A stretch of DNA of 63,451 bases, the filler included, from Sphacelaria rigidula (Eukaryota), in NCBI GenBank assembly GCA_964200075.2. It is 4 parts of 4 records of this genome, joined end to end, with 100 filler letters (N's around TTAATTAATTAA, not from the genome) between each part and the next. Parts side by side here need not be neighbours in the genome. Positions count along the whole stretch, not along the records: positions 47,667 to 63,451 come from CAXNAA020001592.1; 3 more parts are not named here. One strand, 5' to 3'. Shown here in pieces: positions 49,674 through 61,309 of the stretch (positions are counted from its first letter, which is position 1; each line of letters starts with the position of its first letter). Below the pieces are notes generated by a model. The model saw only the letters and a list, made by a program, of their open reading frames with translations, was not told the origin of the DNA and searched no databases. A program made the translations under genes and the position numbers.

Positions 49674-51659
49674 TAAGGGAGAACTCCCGTACGGCGAGCT
49701 CTCTTCGCGGGCGGCAGGGGGTTGAGCAGTAACAACAACAAACACATCCAGAGAACGAGTCATCAAAATTCCAAACATGCGGGAGGCTGGACTAAATCTA
49801 CAGTCCTCGCGTCGCCTAAAGAAACCTCGAAGACAAGAAGAAAAAGAAACACTAGATGCTCAGGGGACACGGACAGAGTTGCGACAGCGACAAGAAATAT
49901 GACTACGATTATTGGAAACGGAATACTCAAGAAGGTGCACTCAGCACAAAGAAACACGGTACCAACACCTGTGGGGGGCTACAATGCAGCGAAAGGGGGG
50001 CTACGATCTGATATCTGACCAGATCAGATTAGGGTTCTGAAATCCTCCAAGGTGAGCTCGGCGCTCGCCGCATTACCGAGGGATGCGGACGGGGTGTCGT
50101 AGCAACTCAAATATAGGCTTACGATACAACCGGTGTTGGGGGAGGGTGCGATCTGATATCTGACCAGATGGGGGGGGAAGCAGCCAGGGCAGCGGCTATA
50201 TGGAAGGGGCACGTGGGCCGTGTTCGAAGGCGTCTCTTCTACAAGAGAAAATGTTGGAGCTCGAGTATATTTCCGTAGTACAGCAAAAGAATACACTTTG
50301 CACTGATAAGGGGGGACATGTGCACTAGAAAACCCTGTGCGGTTACGGAACCAGTTCTCTCTCCTTGACAGGGGACGGGGACCATCTGATACTACAAGGA
50401 AAAACTCAATCGGGCGGGACTGAAGTGATGTCAAATATCGTGGGGGTGGTCACGCAAAACTCGTGGGCTTCCATCCGAGGGCAAGTTTTGTCGCTAAAAC
50501 CGTGATACTCCAGAGGGGAGTCATCTGTAGGTACAGGAAAAGGTCAATAGGGCCGGACTGAAGTGATGTGGGCAAACGTCGGGAAGGCCAACTGTGGGCC
50601 TACATCCGAAGCCCAATTTCTTTGTGGAAGGCCATCGTGGTCGTGGGCTTACTTCCGCCAACTGTTTTGGAAGGCCAACAAGGTTGTGGTCTTACATCCG
50701 AAGGCAAGGTTGTAGTGGTACCCTTGACGGAAAACAAAAATACATACACCATGACAAGGAAATCGAGGGGGCGGCGTTGTCCCAGAATGGCGGAAATCGA
50801 CTACTGTCGACTCGAATCAGTTGTGCCAACGTCAACAACGCGACGTACGGTATTTATGCGTGTGCTGTCACAGGGGCGCTATTGTTTCCACGACTAACGG
50901 TTTAGTTTCCCACACCTCAGAACCATGCTGCGCGGTGGGGTACCGCAGCAGACGAAAGGGCGCCCGGGGGGGAGGGGGGTTTGCGCATCCACTAGTACCT
51001 GGGGTGCTCGCCGAGGTACAGGGGGGGGGGGTTGAATTCGGCACAAAGCAAATAAGCTATATTCTACTACAGCATGAGCCGTCGACACCAACTTTCAACC
51101 ACCACAAATGTAGGAACGACCGGCGGGCATACAGTTTGCGCAGGGCACAATGGCGCGTGTGATACCCTGTTCGATGGCAGAGTGGACACACTGTAGTGAG
51201 ACAGAGTTACGGTTGGCTACATGCAGGTGCACAGAGTCACGGTTGACTACATGCACGAGGCGGAAGTTGGACGCAGTTCCGGCCAGATCGACGCGTGGTC
51301 GGGAAACCAACAAAGTGCGTCACCATGGCACCCACGCGGATGTAAACAAGGGGAACAGGACCAAGGGCAGTTACAGCAAATCGCTCAGCAGCTACAAGCA
51401 GTGTACCAACGGAGGGATAAATACGTATCATTAATACGCGAAGCGGGGGCAACGTACAGCAGTCTTCACTGCCATTGTGCAATACAACCGAGCCCAGAGT
51501 GAGCTGAGGCCCACGACAGTCAGAATAGACCAGGGGCGCCTCACTAAATACAAGTAAAAAAAAGCGCAGGAACATCAAAAGCGAGTTACCCACTACAGCT
51601 TGAGCAGAAAAACACAACGCCAAGCAACACAAAGACTTCCTAACCAAGCAGAACAAGGT

Positions 51660-51675
51660 CCGTTTATCGACGCCA
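51660..51675 (-). promoter_or_regulatory. Primer-binding site TGGCGTCGATAAACGG (tRNA-Ser-like)
   Basis: Starts with TGG 2 nt inside the 5' LTR end; complementary to a tRNA ending ...CGACG-CCA; tRNA identity is inferred. Confidence 0.6.
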
Positions 51676-52830
51676 ATTGTCATATGGAAAGTAGCTAATG
51701 TACTGGATGGGGTCTCTCAGTATGAGTGCCAGGAGATACCATGGTGCCAACCCACCAAGCTCCCACGTGGACAACTTCACACAGACCTAGCTACCCATCC
51801 TTGACCACCACAAAGTAGGTTTGTCCATGTTCAGGCTCTTGATAAGGAGCTCACGTGTTTCATAGCCTCATGTTTTTTCTACAAGCCTCTCTTACTCAGC
51901 ATAGCCGAGGCGCAGCCATAGGAGCAGAGCGTAGTGATGGCCCAGGGTAGAGACCAAGGAAAGCCGGTAACTGATTGAGGTAGGGCGACGCGGCCTGCCG
52001 CCGCGGCTGAACAACCCTAACTAATGACAAACTAATGACAGTAGCAGATGCGATAACAACGCGTCACGGAATCTAGGGTCTACGAGCAGACCCGCACAGC
52101 GTATACCTTGCAATGTCTCTGAGCTTCATCACATGTGCACACTAAGTACGATTATTCAGGGTAGGAAATACACCGGGCGGAAAGCGTACTGTTCCTTTCT
52201 AGACGTGCAAAAGGCTTTTGATAGAGTATGGAGAGAGGGGTTGTAGAAGAAGCTGTGGGAAGCTGAGATCAGAGGGAAGATGTGGAGAATGAATGGTGAA
52301 GAAGAGGACAGAATGTGCCAAAAGGGCCATGATGCTAGACGGGGAAATATCGAAATATTTTGATATTCTGCAAAGAGTTGCACGAGGACGTACGTTATCA
52401 CCCACTTTGTTCAAGGTGTTTATTAATGACTTGATGATAGCGATAGAAGCAGCGAAGCAAGGGGTTCAGGTGGGTGAAGATATGGTATCAGGATTGATGT
52501 TCGCGGATGATTTTGTGGGGATTTCNNNNNNNNNNAGATAAGAAAAATCCGGTAGAGTTCAAATGTAAGTGGGGAGAAGAGGAACTGCCGATCGTAGACC
52601 AGTATACATGCCTTGGTGTAGAGATCCCAAGAAACTGTTCCTGGGATGAACACATAAGCAAAGGGATAGAAAAGGTTAAGGCACAGACAGATGGGCAACT
52701 TGGACGGGATCCTCAGAGACCCGCGCCTAGACACTAGGATAATGAGATGTATCCTGATAAACGTGGTCGTACCGAAGCTGGAATATGCAGGAGAAGTATG
52801 GGAGGGGAACGCGAAGTTGGTGGAGAGGTT

Positions 52831-55800
52831 TGTAGCCAAAATGCACCAAGGCGTAGTAAATGGAGCATGTAGGATCCTGGGTGATGACCAGGGGACAAGG
52901 GCAGCCTGTTGATGATAATCCTTGCTGTGTGGCCCATGCCTGATGGGGCGGGCCGCAGCTGTTTAATCCATGATAATGACAAAAGAAATGACTTGTTGAG
53001 CACGAGGCCAGTGCTACTGGAGGAGTCCCTCGTGGATAGTCCTCTTGTCCAGATCGTCTGGCAGAGGTTATAATATCTAGATATTATTCTTCCGGCACTC
53101 TGTTTGAGGAGTTTTGGATGGGGAGGGATTGGGCTGCAGCACAGAGCCAGTTTAGCGCGCAGATGGAAGACAGCTTACAGCGCACAGCGTATGGAGGAAC
53201 ACACTCCGCTGGAGGGACGCTCAAGTAAGGCAAGAGTCTATCCGTGATTTTGAGTCATAGAGAACATGGCTCAAGCGGCAACGATGCCGCTGGTTTGGGA
53301 TACACCGTTAGAAACGTCAATGTATGGCGAGCACCAGCAACAGGAACAGCTGCCGACTTCGCGAGCGTTTTTCACTCGCTCGTGTTACAATTGTGGAGAC
53401 CATGGGCATATTTTGACAAGTTGCCCCAAGCCTCGCGCTAAAGGCGCTGCGCAAGGAAATGCGCGAGATGGGTCAAGATCTCGAGGCGGTCGTTATGGCG
53501 GACAGGGTTGGAGCAACCAGAGTTACGGGTGCAGAGGCAGGGGCCAAAAACGAAACCAAGCGACGGAGAAGTGTAATTCCGCCGCTGCTGTACCCCTGAA
53601 TGCGTTTTCAAGTGATGACGCTAGACCTCTAGGTTTGTCTGTGTCGGGGCGGCTAACATATGTGGGAGGAGGTAATACTTTGGTGGGGAGTGCTGAAGCG
53701 GAAGGCTCGCAACCCATAGGTCCGGCACGATTTGTGTCGGGTGTATCTTCCACTGTGGCGGCGAATGCAAAAACATCGATGTCAAGTGCTGGAGCACTGC
53801 CTTGGCGTCGAGTTGCTCTAGGTACTAACCAGAGTTTTTCTTCGGCAGGTGTAGTACCTGTCGACCGCAGCGCAGAGTGCTTGCGCGCTGATCTATCTAT
53901 ACCCGGTTCTGTTGGTTCATTTATGGCTCGCGTTTTTCTCGACTTTGGATCAGCAATCACATCAATGAGTGTGGGGTTGCTGCAACATATGTCTTCACAA
54001 TTTGGATGCGCCCAGCTACAGCTACCATTTGGAAATGGACCGCAAATGGCACAGAGCGCCACCGGTGCGCCCGTGACTATTTCTCATAAAATGGTGCCTA
54101 TTGCTGTAAGCGTGCGAACGCCGTGGGGTGCTGTGGAGATGTTGCCAATCACGTTCGCGGTCATGCCTGGCAACGACAACGTGGTGTTGTTTGGCATGGC
54201 GACTATGAAGGAACTCGGGGTAGATTTGTATCCGCTGGCTTTGGAAAGCTACGCCCGCGTGCTGTGCCGGTGCAGACCGGCGTGAACAACCCCAACTATC
54301 TTCCGGCTAGGCGGGTGATCGTCCCTGTGTGGTCGTTTCAAAGTGAGAGCAAGAAGGATACCGGTGGCAAGGAAGAGGAAGCTCCTGAGAGTGGAGCCGT
54401 ACCGCCTACGAGGGTGCAGCCACAGTCGCAGGCGACGGTTGCGAAGGCTCAGCCCATTTGCAACGATCCGGTGAAGGCCGGGTGGCTAGCTTCGTGCGTT
54501 GCAGTTTTGGTGGCGTTTGGGTGGTTACTGTACCGCAGTTTGCAGTCAAGCTTGGAGAGAGCGGCGATGGAAATGTCGGAAATATTATGCTCGCGACGGG
54601 TGAGCGAATCCAAGGTGGGGGCGCACATTTCCCCTCCCCACGAGGATATGGTGCATGGCGGGAATAAGGTGCAGGGTATTCGCCCGGAGGAGGTGATCAA
54701 ATTCAATTTCCTCAGCGATGGAGCGAGTGGTCAGCTGGAGAATGGTGGATTGGACGACGGAGATCCGATCCAAGATATTATATTGGAGAATGGTGATTGA
54801 AGACGATGTGAGCAACTCTGAGTGGTTGGAGCCCGCGGAGTCTAGTGTGGAAGCGAAGAAGGTGACGCATTTTCTAACATGGTCCAAAGCAAAAGCGACG
54901 GGGTTGCCGGAGCTATGGGTCGGCGATACGGCATGACATGTGAAGAATTGTACGGTGAGAGCGTTCAATAAGGCGTTGATGGATCGTAGATTTCGGATGG
55001 TCAATTCGCCGTGGTCCCATCGTAACTGCAAGCGGATGATGCGTGATATTGCTCATATGATGTCAGGTCAGGTGCTTAATGAGGGTGGTGTAGTGCTTCG
55101 AGAGCTATTGCTATGCGGGACTGTATGGTTGTTCCCGTTCCACCTCTCGTTTCGCCTAAAAAAGCGACTGAAAGAGGAGAAATCATCGAAGCGCAAGCTC
55201 CTGTGGAGGCAGAGTATGTGTCGCATTGGTTCGGCAGTAAGGATATACTGTTTGGTGGCATGTTGAGATTCACCATGGGGGTTCCAGATGTGGCTGCTAG
55301 GAGCTACCGTACGAGAGGAGTTGTTGCTCAATGGTGTGCAGAAGGTAGTGGTTCCAGTGCTGCGACTTCGCAGGAGCGGACTGGAAGCCTTCAAAGCGGG
55401 GATCACCTGAGATGAGATATATAGTGGTGAGCTCCGGATTGGATACTGTTGAGGAGCAAGTACTTGTGAGGGTGCTTGTTGAGCATGAGGACACACATGA
55501 TGACTGGTATTTCCGAATCGTTCTCTGACGATTTAAGGCTGTTGTGGTGTGCTTTTGGGTCATATTTGTCTTGCTGTTCGCGCATGGAGCATGACAGTAG
55601 AGCGGGTGTTCCCTGGTTGCGTTCGCTGGAAAATGCCGGTGTACGCGTGGAATTTGGTATGCATGTGTTGTGCTGCTCTGAATAGCATGCATGATGCATG
55701 GTTTGTGCAACACGGGTTGCATTGCAGGTCCTGAGTCAAATATTGGCATGCATGTACGAATTTTCGTATGCTGAGTGGGATCTTGGCATGCATGTGTGGA

Positions 55801-56899
55801 ATTCTCGCTGGAATACTACTGATGTGCATGGTGTCTGATGACCGTCAGGGTGAAGCAGTAACATAATACTGCTGAATGATGAATAAAATGAACCTCGTAT
55901 TGACTGCAGGAGACGGTGACTACTGCTGATGACGTGAAAATGAGCTGAAACTACGAAATGCGTAGGCTCGTTGTCTGTGAGCAGAGATCACACGAGGTTT
56001 CGTGTGTTTGAGGACCAAAGAAATTATGCACGTATGAAAACTGATCCTTGCCCGTGGCACGTTTTTGGCGGTACTGTTCAAGGTATTGCGCTGATTTTTA
56101 TTCGTCGGAAGTAGCGAACTTGGCGGTGCTAACTGCCCGATGGTTCGCTGTATGTTTGTTATCCCGAGTGCTTTGTCGAATTTCGTTTGGTTGGAACCAA
56201 CCGAGACTTGCACTGCCGAGGTTACGGCTAAATATTTGTTGCAATGATGCAAGACTTTGGGGGTGCGGCGTGTGTGGGTTAGTGATTCCACCACGCACTT
56301 CAAGAACCAAGAACAAGAATCGCGCAGCAGAGCGACGCGCTGGGGGTGCAACACCCATTTGATGTTGCGTATACCCATTGGTCGAATGGTTCTGAAGCCA
56401 TGGTCGTGTTATTGTTTTGGTCGATTGAGATGGGTTCGGTGCTGAAGAAAGCACGTAGAAGTCTCTTCGGAAGATAATTTTTTCTGCGTCTGCATTTGTC
56501 GCGCAGGAATTGCGTAAACTGAGGCTGACTCGGGCGCTGACATGTGAATTAGCGTCGGAGTATGGCATTTCTTTGTGATTTGGAGCATGCGACCTCGCCT
56601 TGGTTTTTTGTTGGTTGTCAAGCCCGTTCGTTTGTCTTGAACCCGCTTCGGGGGTGCTGTAGCCAAAATGCACCAAGGCGTAGTAAATGGAGCATGTAGG
56701 ATCCTGGATGATGACCAGGGGACAAGGGCGTCCTGTGGATGATGACCCTTGCTGTGTGGCCCTTGCCTGATGGGGCGGGCCGCAGCTGTTTAATCCATGA
56801 AAATACCAAAAGAAAGGACTTGTTGAGCACGAGGTCAGTGCTGCTGGAGGAGTCCCTCGTGGATAGTCCTCTTGTCCAGATCGTCTGGTAGAGGCTATA
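52831..56899 (+). mobile_element. Ty3/gypsy-type LTR retrotransposon, defective; LTRs 52831-53072 and 56658-56899
   Basis: Two 242-bp LTRs (about 15 mismatches counted by eye), TSD GGTT/GGTT, G-rich tract before the 3' LTR, integrase remnants WVSDSTTHFKN and LGVQHPFDVAYTHWSNG at about 56270-56395; removal restores the LINE frame (AKLVERLEIVQMAAAKKILG). Confidence 0.92.
53266..54285 (+). CDS. Retrotransposon gag zinc-knuckle / aspartic protease ORF (339 aa)
   Basis: CYNCGDHGHILTSC (CX2CX4HX4C), RG-rich tract, VFLDFGSAITSMS (degenerate D-S/T-G), VVLFGMATMKELG protease C-terminal motif. Confidence 0.8.
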   Translation: MAQAATMPLVWDTPLETSMYGEHQQQEQLPTSRAFFTRSCYNCGDHGHILTSCPKPRAKGAAQGNARDGSRSRGGRYGGQGWSNQSYGCRGRGQKRNQATEKCNSAAAVPLNAFSSDDARPLGLSVSGRLTYVGGGNTLVGSAEAEGSQPIGPARFVSGVSSTVAANAKTSMSSAGALPWRRVALGTNQSFSSAGVVPVDRSAECLRADLSIPGSVGSFMARVFLDFGSAITSMSVGLLQHMSSQFGCAQLQLPFGNGPQMAQSATGAPVTISHKMVPIAVSVRTPWGAVEMLPITFAVMPGNDNVVLFGMATMKELGVDLYPLALESYARVLCRCRPA

Positions 56900-57330
56900 G
56901 GTTAGAAATAGTACAGATGGCAGCAGCTAAGAAGATACTCGGATGCTCGAAAACGACGAGTAATGCAGTTTTGAGAGCAGAGTTGGGAATGTACTCACTT
57001 AAAACAAACAGAGACATGAGAAAATTGCGATGACAATACAGCGTAAAGAAGATGCAGAGAAAGAGATTGCCAGCTGTACTTGATAGGGCTGTATGGAGGA
57101 AAAGTACGAACGAGCGTGCTATACGGTGGGATGGAGAGGTCGAGAAAGTGTGGAAGGAGATATGCGGAAACCAAGGCGAAATACTGTGCATAGATGAAGA
57201 CGCGAAGTACAAGGCAAAAATGAGAGATATGATTGAAATAAGGGGAAAAGGAGCGCTCAGACGCAAGATAGACGAGGGAGAATACCTGGAGATATACGGG
57301 TGGTTGAGAGAGGGGATAGGGATGAAAGCA

Positions 57331-57620
57331 TGTATATATATATATATATATATAATTATTATTTATTGTCGCACTTGAACTGACCCCCCCCGGGGTCCAG
57401 CCGTGGTCTCATGATAGACGTACCACAGAAAAACGAAACTCAAACATGCTCTACGGAAAAAAAAGGAACACAAAGAGAAAAAATAGGAACAGAAAAAGAA
57501 AAAAAGAGAGTGGTCGAACAGAACGACGTATCAGACTAAGTCGTGACAAAAAAAGTAATAAAGAGTCAACACATGCAAAGCACAGAAAGAAATGGCCGAC
57601 CTAAAGCAAGAAAAAGGAGC
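57331..57620 (-). mobile_element. Opposite-strand insertion in the LINE with (TA)n/AT-rich tail (probable truncated SINE or LINE 3' end)
   Basis: Interrupts LINE motif GIGMKA|LHGP; (TA)n plus ATTATTATTTATT at the left edge. Confidence 0.5.
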
Positions 57621-58616
57621 TTTTGCATGGCCCAATTGGACCCTGCGAAACATATGAAACTGCGATTTCGCGTGGGGGACCTAGACCTGCCAGAAAAAAG
57701 AAAAATAGATTCCAGTCGTCGAAAGGACGAGGGAGTAGATGGACAGAACTGCCTCTGTGGCGAAGGAATAGAGAGCAGAAGTCATATAGTGGCAGAATGT
57801 AAACTATATAACGAGGAACGGGACGTGCTAGAGGGGGGATGCGGGAAGTGAACAAAGGTGGCATGAAATCGTTTGATGCATTAGACAGTAGGGAGAAGAC
57901 GATGGCTATACTAGGAGGAGATAGGTGGTGGTCAGAGACGGCAAAATAGGATGGAGATAAGATATCTAAAATGTTTTTGCGTAATGTATGGAAGAAACGA
58001 AATGAGTTACGGAAGAAACGTCATGAGCGCCAGAATGCCGGAGGTGTCTCTACTAGGAGTAGGAACGGTGCTCCGTCTCGAAAGGGATGCGTGGTCAATG
58101 GTCACACGACTAAGGCGAGCAACAAATGAGTACGCCCCCCCCCCCTCCCCCCCCCATCATAGCATGACTCAGCTGACAAACAAACTACATCTACAACTTC
58201 ATCTCGAACAACACGGACAACAACTAACTGTGGGCGCACTAACCGTACTGCGCGCCGCCAGGCTAGAGAACACCGTGGCGCCACCATTGATGTTCACGCC
58301 CACCTTCGGAACCTACCAGTCCCAAGACGGATCATCCAAGCAGCAGCAGCTGCTAATGTTTTAATCGACTGGGAAAATAGTGTCTACTTCGTGCTGGACA
58401 TCATGGTACCAGAGCAGTCGATGGACGGGCGAGCGAGCATGACAGGAGATGCGAGAACGCATGGTTTCACGGATTCCAGAGCATATCCTGCCATTTTGGA
58501 TTTCATGAGAAGCTTACCTCAACTATATATTCAGACGAATTTGTTTTCGTAGAATTCAGCACATACATTGTATATTTTCACAAAGGCCTGGTACAACGAG
58601 AGTCTCACACAGTTCG

Positions 58617-58871
58617 GACTGCTGCCGAGATAGCCCCCCCCCCCCCCCCAAACCGGCCAAAAACGTGTACGGAGGCGATAATCATAACTGCCGTTAAAGC
58701 TGGTTTCGTGCTGCACTACGCGACTGATTTGGGCGCTTTAGCTGATTTTGGACTGCTACATGCCTATCATGTGGGCGAAATTGCTGCAAACGAGCCCAAT
58801 AGTGGGATCGCAGCCGGTTTGTTGGATGGTGCCGGTGCACTTTTTGTTGGGGGGCTATCTCGGCATTAGTC
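58617..58871. mobile_element. MITE with GAC...GTC termini and 4-bp TSD (Sola-like)
   Basis: TIR GACT(GC/AA)TGCCGAGATAGCCCCC, TSD TTCG/TTCG, 255 bp. Confidence 0.8.
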
Positions 58872-60289
58872 TTCGACTTTCTCATGTCGAGGGGAATCCA
58901 TGATGTACTGCTGGGATTTATGCGCGCAGTCAGGTCTGAGACCAACCCATCTACAACAGGGACCCGGACGTGATCGCAGGGGTCTGAGATTTTCTTCGTT
59001 GCTGAGCATGATTGTGGGTAAACAAGTGTAAGATGCCTGCGCATGCGGTTGTCGTACATTGTACGACACAGTACATCACCTGTGTCACGTACCATGTACA
59101 TGAGTTCCCATTTGTTTTGGCTGTTTTCATTCAGAACATATGATGCAATACAAGGCCGAGAGAACACGCTGTAAAGACAGTGCATGTAGCGACTTCTAAA
59201 CTTTAATTCTCGTGTCGAACAAGAATTCGAGATATCGACACTTGCGTGAGAATTCAATTAGCAATTTACTGAGAGAGGGTTTGTGCACGATGTTCTCTGC
59301 TCTTTGATGTCAGTTGTGATTGTATGATTAACAAAACCTTGCGGGTTGATTTCGTCGCACATAGTCCTGTTTCGTGCTTTCTACAGGGCTCATGAAGTTC
59401 GATGCCATGCAAGTAGCGCATACACACACTTGTGCATGCGGATGGGAATTCCCATCTGTTTGCATAGACTTTTGTTGAAAACCTCAGAGTACAGTACAGC
59501 AGATGAATGATACAACAGTACAATGTGTGCTGGTTCGTCTGACTGCATTGCTTACCATACTTAGCGTGATAGGTACACTATCTTTAGTATCGACACCTCA
59601 CTTACGGAAAGGTGTTGAGAATCTAGGTCGTGCAGTCTATCTTCGTTGTGCTTGAATGAAGTCGTCGCAGCAAGATGCGCGGCACAGCTCATGACGGTCG
59701 AGTGGATTCACGAATCGCGTATTTTTTTCGCTGAGTACCTCTTCCGTGATGATTCATTGTCTGCTTGTCTAAGGGACGGTTCGAGTAGGATATTGCTGGA
59801 GCAGACGTGTTGCCATGATTTGTCACAGAACGATACTCTAACAGAGTACCTAGGCCACGTAAGCTGAAGGGCATATTGCGTCTACGATCGCGCTTGATAT
59901 GAGCGATAAGCTGGCAAGGTTGCCGCGCCACCAGTGGTAATTGAGCCGGATGATACAGCGTCGTTTGATGTATATGTGTACAACTGGTTTTTGTCCCAGG
60001 AAGTGATGAGCGCTTTGGATCGATCCACCGCTCCCACCCTTCTAAGCTTACCCTGCATTCCCTCGAGTTCTCTGCGTGCAGAGGAGACTGCTTTCTATTG
60101 TTTCGATCGAAAAGTGCCACAGAATAACTATCCGATTATATTATTGCCTTATTTTTCGCTGCACATCACAAGTGAGCGCAATAGCTACTGTGCCAACCTC
60201 TACTATTCTGTCTATTGAGACAGCGCCACACGAGCCAATGCTTCTGACAAGCTACGCAAGGATGTACGTTATTACCCACCTTACTCAAC

Positions 60290-61309
60290 ATATTTGTGAA
60301 TGACCGGATAGCAGCAACAGAAGCAGCAAAGCAAGGAGTCAAGGTGGGGGAAGATACGGTATCAGGATTGATGTTCACGGATGATTCCGTGGGGATATCA
60401 GAAACACCAGCAGGGTTGCAGAAGCAAATGAAGAAGACGCTAGAGTACACTAGGATGGAGAGTGATAGCGAACGTAAATAGATGCGCGGTACTTGTACGT
60501 AACGAAGATGAGAAGAACGCGACAGAGTTCAGATGGAAATGAGGGGAAAGTCAATTGCCGATTGTAGATCAGCACCAGCACACACCCTGGCGTAGCAATA
60601 TGGAAAAAATATATTCTCGGGAGGAACAAAGAGTGATGATACGGTAGGGGTGTGCACAAATAATTTCTGAGGTAAGAATCGTGAAGAGCCCTTGATCTCG
60701 CCCAAAACACGACTTTTGATCTATGTGACAGTACGCCAGAATTACTATTTTAATATGCTGAGGATACCCCGGATGAATTTGCAAGCGGGAATGTCCCGAC
60801 ACATATTCCTGCGCATCTAGAATTACCGGGGAGAGAAGGGTTGATCCCTTGAGACCACGGGCTCGTCCCGAAGAAGAAGAGGGGTTCAACGTGGGACAAA
60901 TATAGAAAATGAACAATAAAATGAGAACTGTTAGGAGCACCTGCACCGGACAAGATTTGGCGCAATAATGTGCACTTTACCGTAGCATTGCTCCAAATAA
61001 ACATGTGAAACGAAAGAGGTAGGACACCGATAGGTAGAATTGAGTTGATCCTCAGGACCTCGGATCCAGGTACTAGGATGAAGAGATGTATCCTGATGAG
61101 CGTACTTGTACCGAAGCTGGAATATGCAGAAGGAGTACGGAAGGGGAACGCGAAGTTGGTGAGAAGCTGGAAACAGAACGGATGGCCGCAGCTGAGAAAA
61201 TACTTGAGTGAACCGACGTGTATTACAGCGTTGAGAGTGAAGAGGAGAAGGTACAGACGTGAAACAAGCACAAGCATGGAAAAGTCGACAAGGTAATAAA
61301 GCGAAGATA
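60290..61309 (+). mobile_element. Second, more decayed RTE-like LINE copy, interrupted at about 60597-60990 by a mariner-derived fragment
   Basis: EAAKQGVKVGEDTVSGLMFTDDSVGISETPAGLQKQ and CILMSVLVPKLEYAEGV.KGNAKLV match the first LINE copy; the insert matches the reverse complement of 29450-29640. Confidence 0.82.

Larger units (their letters stand above)
47910..52133 (-). mobile_element. Complete non-autonomous LTR retrotransposon (LARD-like), LTRs 47910-48338 and 51678-52133
   Basis: Direct repeats of about 430-456 bp with TG...CA ends; PBS on the minus strand; 4-bp flanks TGTA/TGTG; removal restores the LINE frame (RVYTLSTIIQGRK); no recognisable pol. Confidence 0.88.
47667..58133 (+). 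mobile_element. RTE/RTEX-like non-LTR retrotransposon (LINE) ORF2 remnant, in pieces 47667-47909, 52138-52830, 56904-57330, about 57621-58133
   Basis: KGDKADPGNQRGIPLLSTVGK, QVGFRPNGSC, FLDVQKAFDRVWR, LSPTLFKVFINDL, LMFADDFVGI, KILGCSKTTSNAVLRAELG, KLRFRVG and C-terminal CLC...ESRSHIVAEC; stops and frameshifts present. Confidence 0.9.
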
